A DNA stretch of 64,000 nucleotides from Squalus acanthias. Taxonomy: Eukaryota. Every line of letters begins with the position of its first letter. The first letter of the stretch is position 1. Position numbers and translations under genes: made by a program. Of the stretch, positions 49,586 through 61,788 are shown piece after piece. Below the pieces are notes generated by a model. It saw only the letters and a program-made list of their open reading frames with translations. It did not search any database and was not told where the DNA came from. The DNA is taken from NCBI GenBank assembly GCA_030390025.1, contig CM059431.1:132062001-132126000 (forward strand), given 5' to 3'.

Positions 49586-49831
49586 GCGGAGGCAGCGGAC
49601 CTAAAAGGGAGCGAGAGCGGAGCCTGAGGATATAAAGAGCGCGGTAGAGCGAGGCCCGAGAGCAAAGGCAGTGGACCTGAGAGGGAGTGAGAGTGGAGCC
49701 TGAGGATATAAAGGGCGCGGCAGAGAGAGGCCCGAGAGTGGAGGCAGCGGACCTGAGAGGGAGCGAGAGCGGAGCCTGAAGATATAAAGAGCGCGGCAGA
49801 GCGAGGCCCGAGAGCGGAGGCAGCGGACCTG
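49586..49831 (+). promoter_or_regulatory. 76-bp tandem monomers (x3.2) in the CR1 5' UTR, each with a TATA-like GATATAAAG
   Basis: Units start at 49586, 49662, 49738 and 49814. Followed by TGACGTCA (CRE), GGAAGT and ATTGG motifs. Promoter function is inferred. Confidence 0.65.
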
Positions 49832-50059
49832 ACAACAAAAATAAGGAATGACGTCACAGGAAAGCAGGGAAGTGATTGGTTGGTCAGTATTTCTCTCTTT
49901 ATCTTGGGCATTGGTTTAAATTACGAGCTGGGATTAAAAACTAAACGTTCAAAAAGAGGGAGCTGATTGGTGAGTATCTGGTAAGTGTTTTTACTTGGCT
50001 TTCTTAAAGTTTTTAAGTTTATTCCAGCTAGGTTAGTAAATTAGAGGTTAATTAGAGGT

Positions 50060-51006
50060 ATGGCAGGGCAGCTCACACCCGTGGAGTGCACATCCTGTGC
50101 CATGTGGGAAGTCCTGGACACCTCCCGTGGTCTGGACGACCACATGTGCGGGAAGTGTCGCCAGCTACAGCAGCTCGAGCACCGGGTTACAGAGCTTGAG
50201 CGGCGGCTGCAGTCAGTGCTGTGCATCCGCGAGGCTGAGAGCTACGTGGATAGCACGTTTCGGGAGGTGGTCACCCCGCAGCTTAAGAGTGTGCAGGCAG
50301 AGAGGGAATGGGTGAGCGTCAGACAGAAGAGGACCAAGCAGGTAGTGCAGGAGTCCCCTGAGCCCATCTTGCTCACCAACCAGTATTTGGTGCTGAGTAC
50401 TGGTGAGGGTGATGGTTCCTCTTGGGAGTGCAGCCAGAGCCAAGTCCACAGAACCATGGAAGGCTCAGCTGCACAGGCGGGGGGGAAGAGGAGAGGGAGA
50501 GCAATAGTGATAGGGGATTCAATAGTTAGGGGAGCAGACAGGCGTTTCTGCGGCCGCAAACGTGACTCCAGGATGGTATGTTGCCTCCTTGGTTCCAGGG
50601 TCAAGAATGTCACTGAATGGCTGCAGGGCATTCTGAGGGGGGAGAGTGAACAGCCAGAGGTCGTGGTCCATATCAGTACCAACGACATAGGTAGGAAGAG
50701 GGATGAGGTCCTGCAGGCAGAGTTTAGGGACCTAGGAAAGAGGTTAAAAAGCAAGACCTCAAAGGTAGTAATCTCCAGATTACTACCAGTGCCACGTGCT
50801 AGTGAGTACAGAAATAGGAAGATAGAGCAGATAGAGCGTGGCTGGAGAGATGGTGTAGGAGGGAGGGCTTTAGATTCCTGAGGAATTGGAACCGTTTCTG
50901 GGGGAGGTGGGATCTCTACAAGCCAGACGGGTTGCACCTCAACGGGAACGGGACCAATATCCTCGCGGGAGGGTTTGCTAGTGCTGTTGGGGAGGGTTTA
51001 AACTAG
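50060..51006 (+). pseudogene. CR1 ORF1: Cys zinc finger/coiled coil plus SGNH esterase-like domain, frameshift near 50835
   Basis: CTSCAMW...CGKC, IVIGDSIVR and VVHISTND, then DGLHLN in the shifted frame ending TAG at 51004-51006. Confidence 0.9.
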
Positions 51007-51144
51007 CTTGGCAGGGGGATGGGAACCTAAGTATAGAGTCAATACAGAGGGAAGAAAAACTGGAATTGGAAAACAAAAACATAGAAAGTAAATTGGAAGG
51101 ACTGAGGAATCAAGGGCTAGATAGTAGTCAACAAGGAGGTTTGC

Positions 51145-53915
51145 CTGTACTAAATGGTATATACTTCAATGCAAGGAGTATAGCGAACAAGGCAGATGAG
51201 CTGAGGGCACAGCTAGATACTTGGGACTATGATATAGCTATTACAGAGACGTGGCTGAAAGAGGGGCAGGTATGGCAGCTCAACATTCCTGGTTACAGGA
51301 TTTTCAGACGGGACAGAGAGGGAGGTAAAAAGGGAGGGGGGGGTCGCGGTATTAATTAAAGAAACTATTACAGCTGTGAGGAGGGATGATATATTGGAGG
51401 GATCATCAAACGAGGCCATATGGGTCGAACTGAAAAACAAAAAAGGGGCGATCACACTGCTGGGACTGTATTACAGACCCCCAAACAGTGAGAGGGAGAT
51501 AGAAGAACAAATATTTGGACAAATTTCTGAGAAGTGCAAAAACTATAGGGCAGTAATAGTAGGGGATTTCAACTACCCCAATATTAACTGAGATAAAATT
51601 AGTATGAAGGGTATAGAGGGTGCGGAATTCCTAAAATGCATCCAGGAGAACTTTTTTAGCCAGTTTGTAGCAAGCCCAACAAGCGAGGGGGCGGTTCTGG
51701 ACTTAGTTTTAGGGAATGAAGTTGGGCAGGTAGAAGGCGTATCAGTGGGGGAGCATTTTGGTGCTAGTGACCATAATTCTGTTAGATTTAAGGTAGTTAT
51801 GGAAAAGGACAAGGATTGACCAGGAATAAAAATTCTAAATTGGGGAAAAGCAAATTTTGCTAAGCTCAGAGGGGATTTAGCCATAGTGGACTGGAAACAG
51901 CTACTTGAAGGTAAATCAGTGTCAGAGCAGTGGGAGGCATTCAAGGAGGAGATCCGGAGGGTTCAGACCAAATATGTGCCTTTAAAGAAAAAAGGTGGGA
52001 CTAACAGATCTAGAGCCCCCTGGATGTCTAGGGACATACAGGGTAGGATAAAGAAAAAAAGGGAGGCGTATAACAGATACCGAGGGCTAAATACTCCAGA
52101 ATCTTCAGAGGAGTACAGAAAGTGCAGGGGTGCAATTACAAAGGATATTAGGAAAGCAAAAGGAAAGAGAGAGCATGAAAAATTCTTGGCAAGTAAAATC
52201 AAGGAAAACCCAAAGATGTTTTATAAATATATTAAGAGTAAGAGGATAACTAAAGAAAGGGTAGGGCCTATTAGAGATCATGAGGGTAATCTGTGTGTGG
52301 AGGTGGGAGACGTCGGTAGGGTTCTTAATGAATACTTTGCGTCTGTTTTCACAAAGGAGAGGGGCGAAGCAGACATTGCTATCGGGGGGGAGGAGTGTGA
52401 AATATTAGATGAAATAAACATAGTGAGAGAGGAAGTATTAAGGGGTTTAGCAGCTTTAAAAGTGGATTAATCCCCAGGCCCGGATGAAATGTATCCCAGG
52501 CTGTTAAGCGAAGCAAAAGAGGAAATAGCAGAGGCCCTGACCATCATTTTCAATCCTCTCTGGCTTCAGGTGTGGTGCCGGAGGACTGGAGGACTGCTAA
52601 TGTGGTATCCTTGTTTAAAAAGGGAGAAAAGGATAGACCGAGTAATTACAGGCCAGTCAGCCTAACCTCAGTGGTGGAAAATTATTGGAAAGAAGTCTGA
52701 AGAACAGGATAAATCTTCATTTTGAAAGACACGGATTAATCAAGGATAGTCAGCACGGATTTGTTAAGGGAAGGTCGTGTCTGACAAACTTGATTGAATT
52801 TTTTGAGGAGGTAACAAGGAGGGTAGATGAGGGTAGTGCATTTGATGTTGTGTATATGGACTTTAGCAAGGCTTTTGATAAGGTTCCACATGGCAGACTG
52901 GTCACGAAGTTAAAAGCCCATGGGATCCAGGGCTAAGTGTCAAGTTGGATTCAAAACTGGCTCGGAGACAGGAAGCAGAGGGTAATGGTTGATGAGTGTT
53001 TTTGTGACTGGAAGGCTGTTTCCAGTGGGTTTCCGCAGGGCTCAGTACTGGGTCCCTTGCTTTTTGTGGTATATATCAATGATCTTGACTTGAATATAGG
53101 GGGTATGATTAAGAACTTTGCAGATGATACTAAAATCGGCTGTGTGGTTGATACTGAAGAAGGAAGCTGTAGACTGCAGGAAGATATCAATAAATTGGTC
53201 AGGTGGGCAGAACAGTGGCAAATGGAATTCAATCCGGAGAAGTGTGAGGTAATGCATTTGGGGAGGGCTAACAAGGAAAGGGAATACACATTAAATGGTA
53301 GGACACTGAGTAGTGTAGAGGAACAAAGGGACCTTGGAGTGCATGTCCACAGATCCCTGAAGGTAGCAGGCCAAGTTGATAAGATGGTTCAGAAGGCATA
53401 CGGAATGCTTGCCGTTATTAGCCGTGGCAAAGAATACAAGAGCAGGGGGGGTTATGCTTCAACTGTATAAAACACTAGTTAGGCCTCAGCTAGAGTACTG
53501 CGTGCAGTTCTGGTCACCACATTACAGAAAAGATGTGATTGTACTAGAGAGGGTACAGAGGAGATTTACAAGGATGTTGCCGGGAGTAGAGAATCTTAGC
53601 TATGAGGAAAGACTGGATAGACTGGGTCTGTTTTCCTTGGAACAGAGGAGGCTGAGGGGAGACCTTATTGAGGTGTATAAAATTATGACCTGTTTCCCTT
53701 AGCAGAGGGGTCACAGATTTAAAGCATTTGGTGGAAGGTTTAGAGGAGATTTGAGGGGAAATGTCTTCACCCAGAGGGTTGTGGGGGTCTGGAACTCACT
53801 GCCTGAAAGGGTGGTAGAGGCAGGAACCCTAACCACATTTAAAAAGTACTTGGATGTGCACTTGGGATGCTGTAACCTGCAGGGCTACGGACCAAGAGCT
53901 GGGAAGTGGGATTAG
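51145..53915 (+). pseudogene. CR1 ORF2 (AP endonuclease plus reverse transcriptase), multiple stops, frameshifts and deletions
   Basis: YFNARSIANK, ITETWL, YRPP, GDFN, SDH, QHGF, PQGS and FADD motifs across ORF pieces. Confidence 0.93.
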
Positions 53916-54422
53916 GCTGGATAGCTCTTTGTTGGCCGGCGCGGACTCAATGGGCCGAAATGGCCTCCTTCCGTGCTGTAACTTTCTATGATTCTATGAT
54001 TCTTGTTGATGCTTATTCTGAGTCTGCTGAATGATGCACTATCCACAGCCAAGCAAGAAAAAGGAAACCTTTTGGGGTGGGTGCAAAACAAATATTCTAT
54101 CATTTTAGTCATTTTCTAACATGCTGTGCTACCTAAACAGGCCTTTAAAAGCTATGTTTACTAAATATAGTCCTGCATTCTGATCTTGTACTCTATGCTG
54201 CATAGAGTATTGATCAGACTTAAAATTCAAAACATTGTTTTTATGTAAGACATTCTAAATTAGATGATCCCACCTGCAACTGAAGTTACCTGCAAGCTGT
54301 CTGCTGGGAATGGGTTGATGCTCTCTTTGCAGTGCCTTGCTATTCCCCCACCCCGCAAAAATATATATAAGCCAAGTTTTAAAGAGAAAAGGCTCATTTG
54401 TTTATTGAATGCCCCACATTGA

Positions 54423-56205
54423 GGCCGCAATTTCGCCAGCCGTGGCGAGTCCAGTGCGGCCGGAGCAGACAGCGGCCTCAAACTCCACACCCGTCTTCAT
54501 CCCGCCTCCTCCAAGTGATTTTGCCCTGATTTTACGATGATGGGGCTTGTCAAGCACGCCTTGCGAAGTTCCCGGCCAATTAAAAGGAAGCGGGTCTGAT
54601 GATATCATCTGATGACACATCACCAGCCGGTTTCCTTAAAGGGGCCATGTCCACATTTATTTTGACAGTTGTGCTGCCCGTGTTCTGCAGCATTGAGGTG
54701 CTGCAAACACTGACAAGCACTGCACAAAGGTGCACGGCTGCACCCAGGCTCTCCCATGACTCCCTACATATGCTTATGGAGGGAGTCACAGCACACAGGG
54801 AGGGTCTCTTCCCTTCCAATGGGCAGAAGACACCTCCCCAGGACACCAACGCAGCCTGGTTGCACATTGCACAGGAGGACACAAGCAGGGATGTCGTCAG
54901 GAGGACCAGGCTGCAGTGGCGCAAACCTTTCAATGATCTCAGTAGATCACGAAACGTTACTACAAAGCCACACTCAACCTCATCCTGCTGTGCCACTCAT
55001 CACGTCCCCATCACTCTGCCTTCCCTCCCCTACTCCTGCACATCTTTACTCACACCAACTTACCCTGCACCTCCACCCATCCCTCTCTATCTACATTATC
55101 ACTTCCCCATCTCACTAGCCACCCCTCACACTCACCCTCATCCTACTGCAAGCATACCAACTAAAAACACACAAGGGTAGGCACTTGAGAGGTTTAGCCA
55201 ATGTTCATGTGAAGTTTCTGGTAATGTGCTGTCAAACATTGAAATCTTTATTTTGAACACTTTGCGATCTTGGACAGATTTGTGTACACCTTTGGAAGTG
55301 GCTTAGTGAGTTGCAGTGAATGGTGAGACATAACATCCCCGTCCCCCCAGCCCGATGGTGATGAGTGTGAAAGGAATGGCTTGGACATTGTAGGGATGCT
55401 TTATGGTGCTGGTGGTGCCAACCTGCTGCATCATGTGGCAGCCAGGGTGTACAGCATTAAGTGAAGCAAATCTGGACATGGTGAGGCCATCGCTGGCGTC
55501 CCGGGCAGCAATGTGCACGGGTGATGATGCCCTGTGTCCTGTGCAGCATCAGTTGTTTACGGAGAAGGTTGGTGTGGATGTTGGTGCTGCTGGTGTGCCC
55601 GGTGATGCTGGTGTTGGGGCTGATCGTGTTGGAATTCTTAGAACCAAGGTGAGATTTTTTCAAGGGCACCGATGCTGATTGAATAGATGGCAGGTGAGGT
55701 TGAGGTGACAGAAGTAATCTGTTAATGTTGAGATAGGTTGTTCCAAGGAGGTGACAGTGAATAGAGAGAATACTCCAAACACTTCAAAAGTGCATAAAGC
55801 TCAAAAGTGGGTTCCAAATCATTAATGCTCCAGCTTCTGAGATTGGGAAGTGAACAGCTGTGAAATGGAAGGTTTTATACTATTTTTGCAGCTGTCACCT
55901 AATCACAGTAATCCAGTCATTGAGAACCTAATGTGATAGCCACTCTCCGGGAACCTCGTTGAAAACTTGGTAAAATGGTAAGTACATGGGAAAATGGTTC
56001 TTAACTACCTTTTAATAAGCTTTTAACTATCTAAATTGGCTCACCCGCCGCTTGGTGTCGGGTCTGTTCAGGGATGACAGACCTGACACTTGGGAAACTG
56101 ACGAGGCAGGTTGACAGCGGGATACTGACGCGCTGTCAATCTTTATGATTTTGACAGCAGACCCGCTTCCAAACCAGCACTCTGAGCGCCGGTAAAATTC
56201 CGGCC
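54423..56205 (+). mobile_element. Non-autonomous Harbinger element with a Myb/SANT remnant (~54720-54950)
   Basis: TIR GGCCG(C/G)AATTT, TSD TGA/TGA. Remnant reads APRLSHDSLHMLMEGV...AAWLHIAQE...RTRLQWRKPFNDL. Confidence 0.85.
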
Positions 56206-58176
56206 TGACTATGGAAATTACAGGTGTAAAACCTGTGGAGGACAGGATTGGGGCACTGTGCAGGACACCTGATTAATAGTGCCCATGAAATACCTTCCCA
56301 CCCTCAGATTATCATAACAGTTAAAACTGATCACTTGCAGTGGATTTCATGAAACTGAAAGTTCCTCTTGATATGTGTTGTGGGGCCATTTGGTAATGAG
56401 GCAGAAAAAATGATGCAAATGATTTGCATATCATACATAAAATCAGACTAATCAGATGTACTGAATGTGTAGTACTGTCAGATTTGACGAGACTAAGGAC
56501 AAGTTACATGAATTAATCAGATCCTAAAGTTACCGTTACCAAGCTTCCTGTCAGAATAATTGAAAGCTTTTACACAGAAGAACCCTCCAGGGTTCCAGAA
56601 ATGCAGCATTTAATTTGTTAAAATCCTATTATGCTTCATTTTCATCATCTTTTTCTTTTCCAAGGGCACAATGCAATGCTGTTAGGGGATTTGACTAAGA
56701 AATTTATTTCGGAATGCAAGTCATGTCTAAGAAAACAGCAAATTTAATATAATTACAATGAAAGACCATTAGTTATAGTAATTGTTCTAGCCTGTTACAC
56801 AGCTTTCTACAGCTTTACTTTGTCATCTTTGTATCTGCTGTAATTAATTTATCTGCATGAAGGAGTCTTTTAAATAATAAATGCACTACTGTGGGTGAAG
56901 ATCAGTTAGCCTTTCTGCAGGTGGAGAAATAGCAAAGTAAGCAAAGCTGTTAAAGCACCGCACTCCCACCCCCGCACTCTTGGTTGATCTAGTGGGGCAA
57001 GTGTTCCTAAAACAAGTGACCCTTGGAGTGCCTGAAACGGGCGAGCAGCAAGCATGTCTTGAAGTGTTCCCCCCCAGTGTGAGTGCCTTTCTTTGGCATA
57101 TCTAATGAAATAACATATTTGATAGACACTTAATCGCAGCATAAGTACATCAACAAGCCCAACAAAACAAAAGTTTGGGACAAAGGCAGGGCACTGAAAA
57201 ACCAGGGTGGTCAGGTTACTGTGCAATATTTGTGGGGCTGGAGGAGAGGTGACTCCAGGGATGCTGTATGATGTGGGAGGGCAGGGAGAGATGTGTAAAT
57301 AAGGTGAAAATAAAGTGAAATATTTCTGTATGCATTTAGACATATAACCAAAAAATACACAAGCACATTAGCAAAAAAAATGTTTCATTAAAGCTCTTGT
57401 CATAACTGTTATGACTATCCTCTGATGTATAGGGTAAGGGAAGCAACTGATTTAAATTCTGTGCAAATGTAAATCAACCATTTTTCATAGATTTTATTGC
57501 CTGAAGATAGTTGTCACTGTTATAAGCCAAACTGATATATAATTTTACAAATGGGTTTGTTAATGTATTTTCATTGTGTTTCAAGAAAAACAAAATGCAT
57601 TGACATCAATCTGGTAAAACATTTGATTTAAAAAAAAAACAAGATTACAATCTATTAAGGATGTTGTACCTCTTTTCACTTGGCCTCCCCAGATGGCATA
57701 ACTGAATTGGAAACTTGTCACTTGTGCAACCAATTTCTTACCCGCCTGTAGCACTTTTTGTTCCAACACACAGCCCCACTGTGCCTCCGTGTTAGTTTCT
57801 GCTTCGCTAATGTTAGCACAAAAGTCAGTGTGAGTGAGTATAAAGCCAGGAAACCCATTTTATACTCATATCATGCCAACTCTTTTTCTAACATTAGCAA
57901 ATGGAAGAAAATGTATTATGCACTGGAGAAAGGTTCATTTTGTGGGCAAGTTAAATGGTTGAGCAGCAAACTGCTAAGTTCCAGTTTCACTGATGTTAAT
58001 GGGTGAGTCTGAAAGAGTCTGTTTTCATGTAAATAGTGTCCCATCTGTGTGACTCCATTTGTACACCATGCCTCAATGTTTAGGAACAGTTAAAATTTCC
58101 TGATAAACCGGGTTAAAACGGAATTAATTGAAACAGGTAGGTGCCAGAACTATGTTGAAGCAAAGTTTTTCATGAT

Positions 58177-59069
58177 AGGGGAAAAATTCAGTTGGTTGCG
58201 CTTCCCGTTAGCGCCTTAAGAGGGCGCTAATGGGGCGCAAAGCAACTAGCGCCCGGGCGCGGTGATGTTTGCGCCGCTCGCGAAATTAACTAGACATTTT
58301 GCGGCGGCGCTAAACACTACCGCCACGATCTCCTGCGCCGGCAGATCGTGACATCAGTCGAGTGCACAACACACCGGTAGCGCCCCGGAGCGGATATTGA
58401 GTGGCGCCCGCTGCCTTACTGCCTGCCGCTAGCAACGACAGGTTGAGGGGAGCGTTTTGCAGTCAGGAAGGGACTGGGGGAGCGCTATTTAAAGGTGACC
58501 GCTTCCTGCCTTTTTTTGTTGGTGACATTTTTGAACCACGCATTCTGAGAGAGAGAGAGAGAGACTTCTGGAGAGATTCAACGCTGTGTGAAGGAGTTTT
58601 GGGGACTGAGCAGAACTTTGCAGGTTCATTTTGATTTGCCCTTCCTTGTATCGATTTAGAAGAGACTGTGGGGGCTGCACTCTGAGCTCTTTCCCTGGTA
58701 CTCTCCATTGTTCTTTCCAGCAGATTTGATGTACAGGTCTCTCCAGGCCGAGATTCAAGGCTGCAATGAGCAGGGTGTGGATGGAGAGCAAGATCAACCC
58801 TCCCCTTTAAGAACTGGCCGGCGCCATTGTGTCTGTGTTCCATTGCTGACTGACATCACATGAGCTTCGCCAGCGCTCTGAGTTAGCGCCTCGCTCCTCG
58901 GCCTTTGCGCCTTAAGACAGATGTGTAGCACCTGATTTAGTGCTCCAATCACCTCCAGGGGCGATAAAAGTCAAGTTTGCAGTCAGAGGCGATAAATAGC
59001 GGCAGCTTTTAATCTTTGCGCCCGGCCGATAATTGCACCCCAAACGGGGCGATACTGAATTTTTCCCCC
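58177..59069 (+). mobile_element. Internal-deletion derivative (893 bp) of the 12582-16672 Harbinger family
   Basis: TIR (A/G)GGGGAAAAATTCAGT, TSD GAT/GAT. 58177-58680 aligns to 12582-13100 and 58681-59069 aligns to 16284-16672. Confidence 0.95.
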
Positions 59070-59164
59070 GATATGTCTAAATACTAACAGAAATAAATTA
59101 TTTTGGTGCCTTTGATGTCTTTCATCATGGTTTACATTTCTGCTTTGTATTTATTTAAACCCTT

Positions 59165-59255
59165 AATTTTGTGCTCAAGTCTCTGGAGTGGGACTTGAAC
59201 CCACAACTTTCTGAATCAGAGTCAAGAGTGCGACCACTGAGCCACGGCTGACACC
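59165..59255 (-). mobile_element. tRNA-derived SINE head fragment
   Basis: Reverse complement TGTCAGCCGTGGCTCAGTGGT...GGGTTCAAGTCCCACTCCAGAGACTTGAGCAC, matching the head at 48280-48368. Confidence 0.75.
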
Positions 59256-59985
59256 TTTTAGCTTAAAAACTCTCTTTTTAAGTAGTTTAATTGGTGTGGT
59301 TTTACAGTACAACCAAAATACAAGTGGAGGAATATCAAGTGATTAATATTGATGGCCATAAAAGTTCAAGGCAGCTAATACACCCACACACTGACACTCT
59401 AGCTTAACGTCTGTACCGTGAGAACTATTTTTGGCTGAGATTATTCACAGTAACTTTTGTTGTGCCGTTTTAAGGGGCCTTATTATATTCATTTAAAAAT
59501 TAGTGCTTGATAAACTTTTGTTTTTGTAAAGGTGGAAGAAACAAAAGAGCTGTGCAGTATTTTGATTACAGTGTCATCACTGGGATTACCACTTTCCAAG
59601 CCTGTGACTTTCCATCCATAATGCGATTCAAGTCGGTTTAAATTACCTTGTAATGTGTTTGTAAATAAACAAAATAAGTTTGATGAAAACAAAGGGATAT
59701 CATGCCCCTTTTAAGTGTTTCTTCAAACTGAAATGTAATCAATGAAGAGTTCTACTGTACAAAAATGTATTTGTATAAACAGATACAGCGGATGTTGCAG
59801 TTGTACTGCATTGGTTCAGGACAGATGTTTTAAGAAATATTCAGTGGAAACCGGCAGAAAAATAAACTAACTGTAATTATTCCAGCCAGCTCCCAGTGCT
59901 GTGGAGTGAACAGCTATTTGGTCCTTCAAGTTTACTCCTTCAACAGATCATACAGAATATATTTTATAGAAAGAAAAAAAAGAAA

Positions 59986-60716
59986 GGGGAAAAAATTGGG
60001 TCGCGCCCCCTTTGGGGCGCTAACTTCGCCAGGGTGCTACTTTTAGCGCCCCGAAAAAGTTAGCGCCCCCGCACCCGAAATTCGATGGTAGCACCCCAAG
60101 CAGGAGGCAGGCGCTATTGGAAGCGCTCCCCCTTCCTCTTGGGGCACTCCAGCCCAATATCGCGGTGCTATGTGTCGCCGCGCCATGCGTGCCGGCGCGT
60201 CACGCCGCAGTACTGCAGGCCTCCCTCCCCTTATTAAAGGAGAGGGGCCTTACGTAGCGTGAACCAGGGCCCAGCTGGATTACCAGGGAGCGGGGTGCCG
60301 GCAAAAGAGCCCGGCACTCAAGAGGAGTGTCGGGCTGACGGATAGGGGCCGGCACCCCGCAGGAGGAGGCCAGAAGGGGCAGGTGCTGACAGGCGACTAG
60401 TAAAAAAAAATGGCCGCAACCCTGGCCGCACGTACATCCCCCTGACCCTATCAGAGATAGCATCTGGCGGTACGTCAGGGGGCGCAAGCGAAGTTTGCGG
60501 CCGGGGCGCGAGCGGGGCGTGAGCGGGGCACTGCGCACGGCGATGACGTCATCGCTGGAGGTGCAGCGCCACAGGGTGCTACCGCCGCCGCCAACCTCCC
60601 GCTGAATTTCGTGGGAGGCGCTAGCGGCGCCGTGGCCGGGCGCTAGTTGCTTTGCGCCCCGTTAGCACCCGCTTAGGGTGTTAATGGGAGGCGCAAAGCA
60701 ACCGAATTTTACCCGC
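59986..60716. mobile_element. GC-rich Harbinger-type MITE
   Basis: Ends GGGGAAAAAATTGGG / CCGAATTTTACCCG. Right end resembles the reverse complement of the 12582 left end and 39230-39425. Confidence 0.7.
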
Positions 60717-60992
60717 TAAAAGTTGAAAAATTAGCGCCAGGCATTAATCATTCTCGCCTCCCACGAAATTCAGTTTTAGCGCTGCAAGAGGGAAGTGCAG
60801 CGCTAAATCAAGTGCTAACTACTTCTATTAGGGCGCTAAAGTCCGAGAGCGGGGCAGTAGCGGCAGAGCGCTAAACAATTTCGAGCGCATTATAAACGGC
60901 ACTCTTTCATCACAGAGGCTAAATTATTTTTTTTAACTTTTCCTTTCTGTCTCTTTATTCTCCCTTAATCCAATCTTTCTTTCCCTCTCTTT

Positions 60993-61788
60993 GGTCGGAA
61001 TTTTGTTCGGGGAGGCAGGTTGGGGGTGGGGATGTCCGAGGCGGGCGGGAAACCCAGGAGGCCGGGTTTCCCACAGGTCCTGCCGATTTTACCCGCAGGG
61101 TCTAATTTGAATGTGTGGCCTCGGTTTCCTGCCCGCAGCCACCCAGCTTGAGAGACTGGCTGGCTGCGGGCAGGTAGGCTTCAGTTGCGGGGGTTCGGTC
61201 TGGGGAAAGGGTCGGCGGGAGGGGAGGGAGGGTCGGCGGGAGGGGGTTCAACAATCGGGAGGGGGGAGAGAGGATCGGGGGGGCGGGGCTGCGGGATTGG
61301 CAGGCGATGGGGAGTGGTCGGGGATCAGCAGGCAAGCGGGGATTGCTGGGGGGGAGGATCGTGGCCGCCCACCGGAGGATCATGGCCGGCCTCATCACCA
61401 TCGTTGGGGGGGAGGCCTCGTGGGAGGGTCTCCGATCGTGAGGGATGTATATGGTCGAGACCCTGGATCCAGGAGGTGGTTATAAAGCCACTTACCTCCT
61501 GGATGCAGTAGTCCCCGCCTCTGTTTACTGCCGGGTTTCACAAATTGTGTGAGACCCGTCCACAGGCAGTTAAATTCAAAATGGAGGGGAAAATAGAGGC
61601 ATCCAGCCTCATTACAATATTTAAATTGAGGCAACGCCCCTGGCAGCGGGTTGGTCACCCGCCCCCGTCCCGCCTCCGGGAATACCGGAAGTGGGCATGT
61701 TGCGGGATCAGGTCGGGATTCACATTTTTAACAATTTAACTGCCCCACACTCCAAACCCACCCGTTTTTTGATGGGAAAATTTCAGCC
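60993..61788. mobile_element. Harbinger-type MITE (796 bp) nested in another MITE (~60720-62082)
   Basis: TIR GG(TC/CT)G(G/A)AATTTT, TSD TTT/TTT. The host element resumes at 61789 and matches the reverse complement of 19830-19990. Confidence 0.8.

Larger units (their letters stand above)
49581..54003 (+). mobile_element. Full-length CR1 LINE (5' UTR monomers, ORF1, ORF2, tail), disabled
   Basis: 5' tandem monomers, ORF1 esterase and ORF2 EN+RT in several frameshifted pieces, then a TTCTATGA x2 tail. Confidence 0.95.

Noticed and set aside
59165..59255. tRNA gene (also 48290-48368)
   Set aside because: The A/B boxes run into SINE body sequence and no complete cloverleaf is evident.
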